Positions 1-16,427 of a stretch of 64,000 bases of DNA are shown here, in pieces. The stretch comes from Eledone cirrhosa (lineage: Eukaryota), in the NCBI GenBank assembly GCA_964016885.1, contig OZ024754.1, positions 25,048,001 to 25,112,000 on the forward strand, given 5' to 3'. The first letter of the stretch is position 1. Every line of letters begins with the position of its first letter. The notes beneath the pieces are model-generated. The model was given only the letters and a program-made list of their open reading frames with translations. It searched no databases and was not told the DNA's origin. The position numbers and the translations under genes were made by a program.

Positions 1-86
1 AAACATTTTGAAGACCTAATCGCTATAGAAGACCTATACGTCACGTATTACAATTAGATTTACATATATATATGTGTGACTGTATG

Positions 87-151
<65 letters not shown>

Positions 152-820
152 TTAAATATATATACATGCTACTGTACGTCTGTATGCATATATGTATGTA
201 CGTATACATACATACTTACATTTAAGTAAGTGCCGTACTAAGAATCAGAAATTTCATTTCATTTCATTCTATTCCATTTTAGCGTTTTCGGTGCGCCTGG
301 CCGACTGAACTCACTCAATATGCAAATTAGGCTGCTCAGCCGTTAATTTTCATAAGGAAAGTATATACTTTCGAACGTTCAACGCTGACGATAGCTAACA
401 AACTTGAAACTAGTACATCGTAACTCTGTAAGTGTTGAACAAAAAGGTGACGTGGTTGCCTTAACACCGTACGGCATAAATCAGGCTGTCCGTTTGTTTA
501 CAAACAGACAAAGCGAGCATTATAATAAATGTTCGTTAAACTGATATGTACATATATATATGTGTGCCTTTATGTATATATATATATATACATGCTACTG
601 TACGTCTGTATGCATATATGTATGTACGTATACATATATACTTACATTTAAGTAAGTGCCGTACTAAGAGTGAGAAATTAAATTTCATTTCATTCTATTC
701 CATTTTATCGTTTTCGGTGCGCCTGGCCGACTGAACTCACTCGATATGCAAATCAGGCTGCTCAGCCGTTAATTTTCATAAGGAAAGTATATAGTTTCGA
801 ACGTTCAACCATCTGGCAGA

Positions 821-874
821 AGGGTATACGGTGCTGACGATAGCTAACAAGCTTGAAACTAGTACATCGATCCT
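821..874 (+). ncRNA. Type I hammerhead ribozyme of satellite A inside the higher-order repeat
   Basis: aggg-tat-acggtg CTGACGA(834-840) t-agct-aaca-agct-t GAAA(855-858) ctag TA catcga-tcct. Equivalent copies occur in each 5-kb unit. Confidence 0.8.
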
Positions 875-996
875 GTGTCAGTGTTGAACAAAAAGTTGGC
901 GTGGTTGCCTTAACACCGTTTGTTTACAAACGGACAAAGCGAGCATTATAATAGAAGTTCACTAAACTGATACGTACATATAAATATGTGTCCCTG

Positions 997-1035
<39 letters not shown>

Positions 1036-1047
1036 ATATATATACAT

Positions 1048-1190
1048 GTGTGTGTGCGTGTGTGTGTGTGTGTGTGTAGTAGTAGTAGTAAGGTTTTCGA
1101 TATTGTGATAATGGTTAGCAGCGATGTGTGTCAAATGGCTATTAAGATAAGTGTGTGTGTGTATGTGTGTGTGTGTGTGAGTGTGTGTGT
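1048..1190. repeat. (GT)n-(GTA)n microsatellite cassette between satA and satC; repeated in each 5-kb unit and at ~22833-22986
   Basis: Directly visible, with a conserved spacer aggttttcgat...ctattaagataa. Confidence 0.9.
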
Positions 1191-2012
1191 AGCAGAGTAA
1201 TTTGTGATGGTCAGTAAGAATGTTTCTGATTTCGAAAATTGATATATATTTTATATTCTTAAAAAATTTTTCAGAAACACAATGTATAAAAGCATTTTTT
1301 CTAAATTCTGTGTAAAATGATCTATTTGTTAAAAACATAAAAAAATCAATTTTACAAATCAGAAGTAAATATTTCTAAAAGTATAAACAAATTGATTATT
1401 ATAGGTTTTTCACAAATTGATCATTTTACACAGTATTTAGAAAATTGTTTTTTTACAAAAAAGATTGATTTTTTTTCTTTGGAAATATATACTTTCTGAT
1501 TTTGAAAATTGATATATATTTTGTATTTTTCAAAAATGTTTCAACGTGACGAAACACAATGTATAAACGCATTCTTTTGAAAAAAAAACATTTTTTCCAA
1601 ATACTGTGTTTTACACAGCATGGTCAATTTGTTAAAAACCTAAAAAAATCAATTTTAGAAATCAGAAGTAAATATTTCGAAAAGTATAAACAAATCGATT
1701 ATTTTAGGTTTCTCACAAATTGATCATTTTATTACATATCCAGTGTTACATATCCAGTGCTTTTATCGAGAATGACACAGCTAGAGACTTATAGAATACT
1801 TAGCTGTGTACAGGAACTGGTTTGAAAGAGCGGTTGCCGGTCCGGCAGAAATTAGAAATTGGATTAAATGCTCTGAAATAGCGATATATATGTGAAGATA
1901 GACATAGAATATTCGAAAATATTCTGTATGTTTATAATAAACATTTTGAAGACCTAATCGCTATAGAATAGAATACGTCACGTATTACAATTAGATTCTC
2001 GATAAAAGCAAG

Positions 2013-2065
2013 GGAAGTAACCTACGCGTTTCATTCTTATTAGAAATCTTCAGGATTACATATCC
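2013..2065 (-). ncRNA. Type I hammerhead ribozyme of satellite B (representative copy; one per intact monomer)
   Basis: Minus strand reads gga-tat-gtaatc CTGAAGA t-ttct-aata-agaa-t GAAA cgcg TA ggttac-ttcc. It has the canonical CUGANGA/GAAA/UH core, a 6-bp stem I (one G.U), a 4-bp stem II and palindromic stem III ACGCGT. Predicted cleavage is after GUA, between 2023 and 2022. Confidence 0.88.
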
Positions 2066-2692
2066 AGTGCTTTTATCGAGAATGACACAGCTAGAGACTT
2101 TTAGAATACTTAGCTGTGTACAGGAACTGGTTTGAAAGAGCGGTTACCGGTCCGGCAGAAATTAGAAATTGGAATAAATGCTCTGAAATAGCGATATATA
2201 TGTGAAGATAGACATAGAATATTCGAAAATATTCTGTATGTTTATAATAAACATTTTGAAGACCTAATCGCTATAGAATAGAATACGTCACGTATTACAA
2301 TTAGATTCTCGATAAAAGCAAGGGAAGTAACCTACGCGTTTCATTCTTATTAGAAATCTTCAGGATTACATATCCAGTGCTTTTATCGAGAATGACACAG
2401 CTAGAGACTTATAGAATACTTAGCTGTGTACAGGAACTGGTTTGAAAGAGCGGTTGCCGGTCCGGCAGAAATTAGAAATTGGAATAAATGCTCTAAAATA
2501 GCGATATATATGTGAAGATAGACATAGAATATTCGAAAATATTCTGTATGTTTATAATAAACATTTTGAAGACCTAATCGCTATAGAATAGAATATGTCA
2601 CGTATTACAATTAGATTCTCGATAAAAGCAAGGGAAGTAACCTACGCGTTTCATTCTTATTAGAAATCTTCAGCATTACATATCCAGTGCTT

Positions 2693-3104
<412 letters not shown>

Positions 3105-3950
3105 AGAAATTGGATTAAATGCTCTGAAATAGCGATATATATGTGAAGATAGACATAGAATATTCGAAAATATTCTGTATGTTTATAATAAACATTTTGA
3201 AGACCTAATCGCTACGTATTACAATTAGATTCTCGATAAAAGCAAGGGAAGTAACCTACGCGTTTCATTCTTATTAGAAATCTTCAGGATTACATATCCA
3301 GTGCTTTTATCGAGAATGACACAGCTAGAGACTTATAGAATACTTAGCTGTGTACAGGAACTGGTTTGAAAGAGCCGTTGCCGGTCCGGCAGAAATTAGA
3401 AATTGGATTAAATGCTCTGAAATAGCGATATATATGTGAAGATAGACATAGAATATTCGAAAACATTCTGTGTTTATAATAAACATTTTGAAGACCTAAT
3501 ACAATACGTCACGTATTACAATTAGATTCTCGATAAAAGCAAGGGAAGTAACCTACGAGTTTCATTCTTATTAGAAATCTTCAGGATTACATATCCAGTG
3601 CTTTTATCGAGAATGACACAGCTAGAGACTTATAAAATACTTAGCTGTGTACAGGAACTGGTTTGAAAGAGCGGTTGCCGGTCCGGCAGAAATTAGAAAT
3701 TGGATTAAATGCTCTGAAATAGCGATATATATGTGAAGATAGACATAGAATATTCGAAAATATTCTGTATGTTTATAATAAACATTTTGAAGACCTAATC
3801 GCTATAGAATAGAATACGTCACGTATTACAATTAGATTCTCGATAAAAGCAAGGGAAGTAACCTACGCGTTTCATTCTTATTAGAAATCTTCAGGATTAC
3901 ATATCCAGTGCTTTTATATATATATACATATATATATACATATACATATA

Positions 3951-3984
<34 letters not shown>

Positions 3985-4095
3985 CATATACATATATATA
4001 TATATATGTATACATATATATACATATATATATATACATATACATATATATATATACATATACATATATATATATACATATATATATATACATAC

Positions 4096-4258
<163 letters not shown>

Positions 4259-4260
4259 CA

Positions 4261-4306
<46 letters not shown>

Positions 4307-4860
4307 CAAATATATATATATACATATATATATATACATATATATATATAGAAATTGGATTAAATGCTCTGATATAGCGATATATATGTGAAGATAGACA
4401 TAGAATATTCGAAAATATTCTGTATGTTTATAATAAACATTTTGAAGACCTAATCGCTATAGAATAGAATACGTCACGTATTACAATTAGATTCTCGATA
4501 AAAGCAAGTGAAGTAACCTACGCGTTTCATTCTTATTAGAAATCTTCAGGATTACATATCCAGTGCTTTTATCGAGAAATTATTAGAAATCTTCAGGATT
4601 ACATATCCAGTGCTTTTATCGAGAATGACACATAGAATATTCGAAAATATTCTGTATGTTTATAATAAACATTTTGAAGACCTAATCGCTATAGAATAGA
4701 ATACGTCACGTATTACAATCAGATTCTCGATAAAAGCAAGGGAAGTAACCTACGCGTTTCATTCCTATAAGAAATCTTCAGTGCTTTTATCGAGAATGAC
4801 ACAGCTAGAGACTTATAGAATACTTATAGAATACTTATTTGTATATATATATATATACAA

Positions 4861-4909
<49 letters not shown>

Positions 4910-5128
4910 GAAATTGGATTAAATGCTCTGAAATAGCGATATATATGTATTACAATCAGATTCTCGATAAAAGCAAGGGAAGTAACCTACGCGTTTCATT
5001 CTTATTAATGAAATAGCGATATATACGTATGTATATATCGCTATTTCAGTGCTTTTATCGAGAATGACACAGCTAGAGACTTATAGAATACTTATAGAAT
5101 ACTTATTTGTATATATATATATATACAA

Positions 5129-5177
<49 letters not shown>

Positions 5178-5346
5178 GAAATTGGATTAAATGCTCTGAA
5201 ATAGCGATATATATGTGAACATAGACATAGAATATTCGAAAATATTCTGTATGTTTATAATAAACATTTTGAAGACCTAATCGCTATAGAATAGAATACG
5301 TCACGTATTACAATTAGATTTACATATATATATGTGTGACTGTATG

Positions 5347-5432
<86 letters not shown>

Positions 5433-6287
5433 CATGCTACTGTACGTCTGTATGCATATATGTATGTACGTATACATACATACTTACATTTAAGTAAGTG
5501 CCGTACTAAGAATCAGAAATTTCATTTCATTTCATTCTATTCCATTTTAGCGTTTTCGGTGCGCCTGGCCGACTGAACTCACTCAATATGCAAATTAGGC
5601 TGCTCAGCCGTTAATTTTCATAAGGAAAGTATATACTTTCGAACGTTCAACGCTGACGATAGCTAACAAACTTGAAACTAGTACATCGTAACTCTGTAAG
5701 TGTTGAACAAAAAGGTGACGTGGTTGCCTTAACACCGTACGGCATAAATCAGGCTGTCCGTTTGTTTACAAACAGACAAAGCGAGCATTATAATAAATGT
5801 TCGTTAAACTGATATGTACATATATATATGTGTGCCTTTATGTATATATATATATATACATGCTACTGTACGTCTGTATGCATATATGTATGTACGTATA
5901 CATATATACTTACATTTAAGTAAGTGCCGTACTAAGAGTGAGAAATTAAATTTCATTTCATTCTATTCCATTTTATCGTTTTCGGTGCGCCTGGCCGACT
6001 GAACTCACTCGATATGCAAATCAGTCTGCTCAGCCGTTAATTTTCATAAGGAAAGTATATAGTTTCGAACGTTCAACCATCTGGCAGAAGGGTATACGGT
6101 GCTGACGATAGCTAACAAGCTTGAAACTAGTACATCGATCCTGTGTCAGTGTTGAACAAAAAGTTGGCGTGGTTGCCTTAACACCGTACGGCATAAATCA
6201 GGCTGTCCATTTGTTTACAAACGGACAAAGCGAGCATTATAATAGAAGTTCACTAAACTGATACGTACATATAAATATGTGTCCCTG

Positions 6288-6396
<109 letters not shown>

Positions 6397-6399
6397 GTG

Positions 6400-6438
<39 letters not shown>

Positions 6439-8085
6439 TAGTAGTAGTAAGGTTTTCGATGTTGTGATAATGATTAGCAGCGATGTGTGTCAAATGGCTA
6501 TTAAGATAAGTGTGTGTGTTTATGTGTGTGTGTGTGTGAGTGTGTGTGTGTGTAGCAGAGTAATTTGTGATGGTCAGTATGAATGTTTCTGATTTCGAAA
6601 ATTGATATATATTTTATATTCTTAAAAAAATTTTCAACGTGTAGAAACACAATGTATAGAAGCATTTTTTCTAAATTCTGTGTAAAATGATCTATTTGTT
6701 AAAAACCTAAAAAAATCAATTTTACAAATCAGAAGTAAATATTTCTAAAAGTATAAACAAATTGATTATTATAGGTTTTTCACAAATTGATCATTTTACA
6801 CAGTATTTCGAAAATTGTTTTTTTACAAAAAAGATTGATTTTTTTTCTTTCGAAATATATACTTTCTCATTTTGAAAATTGATATATATTTTGTATTTTT
6901 CAAAAATTTTTCAACGTGACGAAACACAATGTATAAACGCATTCTTTTGAAAAAAAAACATTTTTTCCAAATACTGTGTTTTACACAGTATGGTCAATTT
7001 GTTAAAAACCTAAAAAAATCAATTTTAGAAATCAGAAGTAAATATTTCGAAAAGTATAAACAAATCGATTATTTTAGGTTTTTCACAAATTGATCATTTT
7101 ATTACATATCCAGTGCTTTTATCGAGAATGACACAGCTAGAGACTTATAGAATACTTAGCTGTGTACAGGAACTGGTTTGAAAGAGCGGTTGCCGGTCCG
7201 GCAGAAATTAGAAATTGGATTAAATGCTCTGAAATAGCGATATATATGTGAAGATAGACATAGAATATTCGAAAATATTCTGTATGTTTATAATAAACAT
7301 TTTGAAGACCTAATCGCTATAGAATAGAATACGTCACGTATTACAATTAGATTCTCGATAAAAGCAAGGGAAGTAACCTACGCGTTTCATTCTTATTAGA
7401 AATCTTCAGGATTACATATCCAGTGCTTTTATCGAGAATGACACAGCTAGAGACTTATAGAATACTTAGCTGTGTACAGGAACTGGTTTGAAAGAGCGGT
7501 TGCCGGTCCGGCAGAAATTAGAAATTGGAATAAATGCTCTGAAATAGCGATATATATGTGAAGATAGACATAGAATATTCGAAAATATTCTGTATGTTTA
7601 TAATAAACATTTTGAAGACCTAATCGCTATAGAATAGAATACGTCACGTATTACAATTAGATTCTCGATAAAAGCAAGGGAAGTAACCTACGCGTTTCAT
7701 TCTTATTAGAAATCTTCAGGATTACATATCCAGTGCTTTTATCGAGAATGACACAGCTAGAGACTTATAGAATACTTAGCTGTGTACAGGAACTGGTTTG
7801 AAAGAGCGGTTGCCGGTCCGGCAGAAATTAGAAATTGGAATAAATGCTCTAAAATAGCGATATATATGTGAAGATAGACATAGAATATTCGAAAATATTC
7901 TGTATGTTTATAATTAACATTTTGAAGACCTAATCGCTATAGAATAGAATATGTCACGTATTACAATTAGATTCTCGATAAAAGCAAGGGAAGTAACCTA
8001 CGCGTTTCATTCTTATTAGAAATCTTCAGGATTACATATCCAGTGCTTTTATATATATATACATATATATATACATATACATATA

Positions 8086-8119
<34 letters not shown>

Positions 8120-8233
8120 CATATACATATATATATATATGTATACATATATATACATATATATATATACATATACATATATATATATACATATACATAT
8201 ATATATATACATATATATATATACATACATATT

Positions 8234-8370
<137 letters not shown>

Positions 8371-8377
8371 GTATACA

Positions 8378-8415
<38 letters not shown>

Positions 8416-9304
8416 CAAATATATATATATACATATATATATATACATATATATATATAGAAATTGGATTAAATGCTCTGAAATAGCGATATATATGTGA
8501 AGATAGACATAGAATATTCGAAAATATTCTGTATGTTTATAATAAACATTTTGAAGACCTAATCGCTACGTATTACAATTAGATTCTCGATAAAAGCAAG
8601 GGAAGTAACCTACGCGTTTCATTCTTATTAGAAATCTTCAGGATTACATATCCAGTGCTTTTATCGAGAATGACACAGCTAGAGACTTATAGAATACTTA
8701 GCTGTGTACAGGAACTGGTTTGAAAGAGCCGTTGCCGGTCCGGCAGAAATTAGAAATTGGATTAAATGCTCTGAAATAGCGATATATATGTGAAGATAGA
8801 CATAGAATATTCGAAAACATTCTGTGTTTATAATAAACATTTTGAAGACCTAATACAATACGTCACGTATTACAATTAGATTCTCGATAAAAGCAAGGGA
8901 AGTAACCTACGAGTTTCATTCTTATTAGAAATCTTCAGGATTACATATCCAGTGCTTTTATCGAGAATGACACAGCTAGAGACTTATAAAATACTTAGCT
9001 GTGTACAGGAACTGGTTTGAAAGAGCGGTTGCCGGTCCGGCAGAAATTAGAAATTGGATTAAATGCTCTGAAATAGCGGTATATATGTGAAGATAGACAT
9101 AGAATATTCGAAAATATTCTGTATGTTTATAATAAACATTTTGAAGACCTAATCGCTATAGAATAGAATACGTCACGTATTACAATTAGATTCTCGATAA
9201 AAGCAAGGGAAGTAACCTACGCGTTTCATTCTTATTAGAAATCTTCAGGATTACATATCCAGTGCTTTTATATATATATACATATATATATACATATACA
9301 TATA

Positions 9305-9355
<51 letters not shown>

Positions 9356-9452
9356 ATATATGTATACATATATATACATATATATATATACATATACATA
9401 TATATATATACATATACATATATATATATACATATATATATATACATACATA

Positions 9453-9493
<41 letters not shown>

Positions 9494-9500
9494 GTATACA

Positions 9501-9536
<36 letters not shown>

Positions 9537-10154
9537 CAATTATATATATATACATATATATATATACATATATATATATAGAAATTGGATTAAATGCTCT
9601 GATATAGCGATATATATGTGAAGATAGACATAGAATATTCGAAAATATTCTGTATGTTTATAATAAACATTTTGAAGACCTAATCGCTATAGAATAGAAT
9701 ACGTCACGTATTACAATTAGATTCTCGATAAAAGCAAGTGAAGTAACCTACGCGTTTCATTCTTATTAGAAATCTTCAGGATTACATATCCAGTGCTTTT
9801 ATCGAGAATGACACAGCTAGAGACCTATAGAATACTTAGCTGTGTACAGGAACTGGTTTGAAAGAGCGGTTGCCGGTCCGGCAGAAATTAGAAATTGGAT
9901 TAAATGCTCTGAAATAGCGATATATATGTGAAGATAGACATAGAATATTCGAAAATATTCTGTATGTTTATAATAAACATTTCTATAGAATAGAATACGT
10001 CACGTATTACAATCAGATTCTCGATAAAAGCAAGGGAAGTAATCTACGCGTTTCATTCTTATTAGAAATCTTCAGTGCTTTTATCGAGAATGACACAGCT
10101 AGAGACTTATAGAATACTTATAGAATACTTATTTGTATATATATATATATACAA

Positions 10155-10203
<49 letters not shown>

Positions 10204-10373
10204 GAAATTGGATTAAATGCTCTGAAATAGCGATATATATGTGAACATAGACATAGAATATTCGAAAATATTCTGTATGTTTATAATAAACATTTTGAAG
10301 ACCTAATCGCTATAGAAGACCTATACGTCACGTATTACAATTAGATTTACATATATATATGTGTGACTGTATG

Positions 10374-10440
<67 letters not shown>

Positions 10441-11285
10441 TTAAATATATATACATGCTACTGTACGTCTGTATGCATATATGTATGTACGTATACATAC
10501 ATACTTACATTTAAGTAAGTGCCGTACTAAGAATCAGAAATTTCATTTCATTTCATTCTATTCCATTTTAGCGTTTTCGGTGCGCCTGGCCGACTGAACT
10601 CACTCAATATGCAAATTAGGCTGCTCAGCCGTTAATTTTCATAAGGAAAGTATATACTTTCGAACGTTCAACGCTGACGATAGCTAACAAACTTGAAACT
10701 AGTACATCGTAACTGTGTAAGTGTTGAACAAAAAGGTGACGTGGTTGCCTTAACACCGTACGGCATAAATCAGGCTGTCCGTTTGTTTACAAACAGACAA
10801 AGCGAGCATTATAATAAATGTTCGTTAAACTGATATGTACATATATATATGTGTGCCTTTATGTATATATATATATATACATGCTACTGTACGTCTGTAT
10901 GCATATATGTATGTACGTATACATATATACTTACATTTAAGTAAGTGCCGTACTAAGAGTGAGAAATTAAATTTCATTTCATTCTATTCCATTTTATCGT
11001 TTTCGGTGCGCCTGGCCGACTGAACTCACTCGATATGCAAATCAGGCTGCTCAGCCGTTAATTTTCATAAGGAAAGTATATAGTTTCGAACGTTCAACCA
11101 TCTGGCAGAAGGGTATACGGTGCTGACGATAGCTAACAAGCTTGAAACTAGTACATCGATCCTGTGTCAGTGTTGAAGAAAAAGTTGGCGTGGTTGCCTT
11201 AACACCGTTTGTTTACAAACGGACAAAGCGAGCATTATAATAGAAGTTCACTAAACTGATACGTACATATAAATATGTGTCCCTG

Positions 11286-11324
<39 letters not shown>

Positions 11325-13019
11325 ATATATATACATGTGTGTGTGCGTGTGTGTGTGTGTGTGTGTAGTAGTAGTAGTAAGGTTTTCGATATTGTGATAA
11401 TGGTTAGCAGCGATGTGTGTCAAATGGCTATTAAGATAAGTGTGTGTGTGTATGTGTGTGTGTGTGTGAGTGTGTGTGTAGCAGAGTAATTTGTGATGGT
11501 CAGTAAGAATGTTTCTGATTTCGAAAATTGATATATATTTTATATTCTTAAAAAATTTTTCAGAAACACAATGTATAAAAGCATTTTTTCTAAATTCTGT
11601 GTAAAATGATCTATTTGTTAAAAACATAAAAAAATCAATTTTAACAAATCAGAAGTAAATATTTCTAAAAGTATAAACAAATTGATTATTATAGGTTTTT
11701 CACAAATTGATCATTTTACACAGTATTTAGAAAATTGTTTTTTTACAAAAAAGATTGATTTTTTTTCTTTGGAAATATATACTTTCTGATTTTGAAAATT
11801 GATATATATTTTGTATTTTTCAAAAATGTTTCAACGTGACGAAACACAATGTATAAACGCATTCTTTTGAAAAAAAAACATTTTTTCCAAATACTGTGTT
11901 TTACACAGCATGGTCAATTTGTTAAAAACCTAAAAAAATCAATTTTAGAAATCAGAAGTAAATATTTCGAAAAGTATAAACAAATCGATTATTTTAGGTT
12001 TCTCACAAATTGATCATTTTATTACATATCCAGTGTTACATATCCAGTGCTTTTATCGAGAATGACACAGCTAGAGACTTATAGAATACTTAGTTGTGTA
12101 CAGGAACTGGTTTGAAAGAGCGGTTGCCGGTCCGGCAGAAATTAGAAATTGGATTAAATGCTCTGAAATAGCGATATATATGTGAAGATAGACATAGAAT
12201 ATTCGAAAATATTCTGTATGTTTATAATAAACATTTTGAAGACCTAATCGCTATAGAATAGAATACGTCACGTATTACAATTAGATTCTCGATAAAAGCA
12301 AGGGAAGTAACCTACGCGTTTCATTCTTATTAGAAATCTTCAGGATTACATATCCAGTGCTTTTATCGAGAATGACACAGCTAGAGACTTTTAGAATACT
12401 TAGCTGTGTACAGGAACTGGTTTGAAAGAGCGGTTACCGGTCCGGCAGAAATTAGAAATTGGAATAAATGCTCTGAAATAGCGATATATATGTGAAGATA
12501 GACATAGAATATTCGAAAATATTCTGTATGTTTATAATAAACATTTTGAAGACCTAATCGCTATAGAATAGAATACGTCACGTATTACAATTAGATTCTC
12601 GATAAAAGCAAGGGAAGTAACCTACGCGTTTCATTCTTATTAGAAATCTTCAGGATTACATATCCAGTGCTTTTATCGAGAATGACACAGCTAGAGACTT
12701 ATAGAATACTTAGCTGTGTACAGGAACTGGTTTGAAAGAGCGGTTGCCGGTCCGGCAGAAATTAGAAATTGGAATAAATGCTCTAAAATAGCGATATATA
12801 TGTGAAGATAGACATAGAATATTCGAAAATATTCTGTATGTTTATAATAAACATTTTGAAGACCTAATCGCTATAGAATAGAATATGTCACGTATTACAA
12901 TTAGATTCTCGATAAAAGCAAGGGAAGTAACCTACGCGTTTCATTCTTATTAGAAATCTTCAGCATTACATATCCAGTGCTTTTATATATATATACATAT
13001 ATATATACATATACATATA

Positions 13020-13053
<34 letters not shown>

Positions 13054-13162
13054 CATATACATATATATATATATGTATACATATATATACATATATATAT
13101 ATACATATACATATATATATATACATATACATATATATATATACATATATATATATACATAC

Positions 13163-13302
<140 letters not shown>

Positions 13303-13309
13303 GTATACA

Positions 13310-13347
<38 letters not shown>

Positions 13348-13939
13348 CAAATATATATATATACATATATATATATACATATATATATATAGAAATTGGA
13401 TTAAATGCTCTGAAATAGCGATATATATGTGAAGATAGACATAGAATATTCGAAAATATTCTGTATGTTTATAATAAACATTTTGAAGACCTAATCGCTA
13501 CGTATTACAATTAGATTCTCGATAAAAGCAAGGGAAGTAACCTACGCGTTTCATTCTTATTAGAAATCTTCAGGATTACATATCCAGTGCTTTTATCGAG
13601 AATGACACAGCTAGAGACTTATAAAATACTTAGCTGTGTACAGGAACTGGTTTGAAAGAGCGGTTGCCGGTCCGGCAGAAATTAGAAATTGGATTAAATG
13701 CTCTGAAATAGCGATATATATGTGAAGATAGACATAGAATATTCGAAAATATTCTGTATGTTTATAATAAACATTTTGAAGACCTAATCGCTATAGAATA
13801 GAATACGTCACGTATTACAATTAGATTCTCGATAAAAGCAAGGGAAGTAACCTACGCGTTTCATTCTTATTAGAAATCTTCAGGATTACATATCCAGTGC
13901 TTTTATATATATATACATATATATATACATATACATATA

Positions 13940-13973
<34 letters not shown>

Positions 13974-14084
13974 CATATACATATATATATATATATGTAT
14001 ACATATATATACATATATATATATACATATACATATATATATATACATATACATATATATATATACATATATATATATACATAC

Positions 14085-14247
<163 letters not shown>

Positions 14248-14249
14248 CA

Positions 14250-14295
<46 letters not shown>

Positions 14296-14849
14296 CAAAT
14301 ATATATATATACATATATATATATACATATATATATATAGAAATTGGATTAAATGCTCTGATATAGCGATATATATGTGAAGATAGACATAGAATATTCG
14401 AAAATATTCTGTATGTTTATAATAAACATTTTGAAGACCTAATCGCTATAGAATAGAATACGTCACGTATTACAATTAGATTCTCGATAAAAGCAAGTGA
14501 AGTAACCTACGCGTTTCATTCTTATTAGAAATCTTCAGGATTACATATCCAGTGCTTTTATCGAGAAATTATTAGAAATCTTCAGGATTACATATCCAGT
14601 GCTTTTATCGAGAATGACACATAGAATATTCGAAAATATTCTGTATGTTTATAATAAACATTTTGAAGACCTAATCGCTATAGAATAGAATACGTCACGT
14701 ATTACAATCAGATTCTCGATAAAAGCAAGGGAAGTAACCTACGCGTTTCATTCCTATAAGAAATCTTCAGTGCTTTTATCGAGAATGACACAGCTAGAGA
14801 CTTATAGAATACTTATAGAATACTTATTTGTATATATATATATATACAA

Positions 14850-14898
<49 letters not shown>

Positions 14899-15117
14899 GA
14901 AATTGGATTAAATGCTCTGAAATAGCGATATATATGTATTACAATCAGATTCTCGATAAAAGCAAGGGAAGTAACCTACGCGTTTCATTCTTATTAATGA
15001 AATAGCGATATATACGTATGTATATATCGCTATTTCAGTGCTTTTATCGAGAATGACACAGCTAGAGACTTATAGAATACTTATAGAATACTTATTTGTA
15101 TATATATATATATACAA

Positions 15118-15166
<49 letters not shown>

Positions 15167-15335
15167 GAAATTGGATTAAATGCTCTGAAATAGCGATATA
15201 TATGTGAACATAGACATAGAATATTCGAAAATATTCTGTATGTTTATAATAAACATTTTGAAGACCTAATCGCTATAGAATAGAATACGTCACGTATTAC
15301 AATTAGATTTACATATATATATGTGTGACTGTATG

Positions 15336-15421
<86 letters not shown>

Positions 15422-16276
15422 CATGCTACTGTACGTCTGTATGCATATATGTATGTACGTATACATACATACTTACATTTAAGTAAGTGCCGTACTAAGA
15501 ATCAGAAATTTCATTTCATTTCATTCTATTCCATTTTAGCGTTTTCGGTGCGCCTGGCCGACTGAACTCACTCAATATGCAAATTAGGCTGCTCAGCCGT
15601 TAATTTTCATAAGGAAAGTATATACTTTCGAACGTTCAACGCTGACGATAGCTAACAAACTTGAAACTAGTACATCGTAACTCTGTAAGTGTTGAACAAA
15701 AAGGTGACGTGGTTGCCTTAACACCGTACGGCATAAATCAGGCTGTCCGTTTGTTTACAAACAGACAAAGCGAGCATTATAATAAATGTTCGTTAAACTG
15801 ATATGTACATATATATATGTGTGCCTTTATGTATATATATATATATACATGCTACTGTACGTCTGTATGCATATATGTATGTACGTATACATATATACTT
15901 ACATTTAAGTAAGTGCCGTACTAAGAGTGAGAAATTAAATTTCATTTCATTCTATTCCATTTTATCGTTTTCGGTGCGCCTGGCCGACTGAACTCACTCG
16001 ATATGCAAATCAGTCTGCTCAGCCGTTAATTTTCATAAGGAAAGTATATAGTTTCGAACGTTCAACCATCTGGCAGAAGGGTATACGGTGCTGACGATAG
16101 CTAACAAGCTTGAAACTAGTACATCGATCCTGTGTCAGTGTTGAACAAAAAGTTGGCGTGGTTGCCTTAACACCGTACGGCATAAATCAGGCTGTCCATT
16201 TGTTTACAAACGGACAAAGCGAGCATTATAATAGAAGTTCACTAAACTGATACGTACATATAAATATGTGTCCCTG

Positions 16277-16385
<109 letters not shown>

Positions 16386-16388
16386 GTG

Positions 16389-16427
<39 letters not shown>

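Noticed and set aside
1928-1945. TATAATAAA hairpin loop shared by satA and satB
   Set aside because: It lies on opposite strands relative to the two ribozymes and is plausible by chance in AT-rich DNA.
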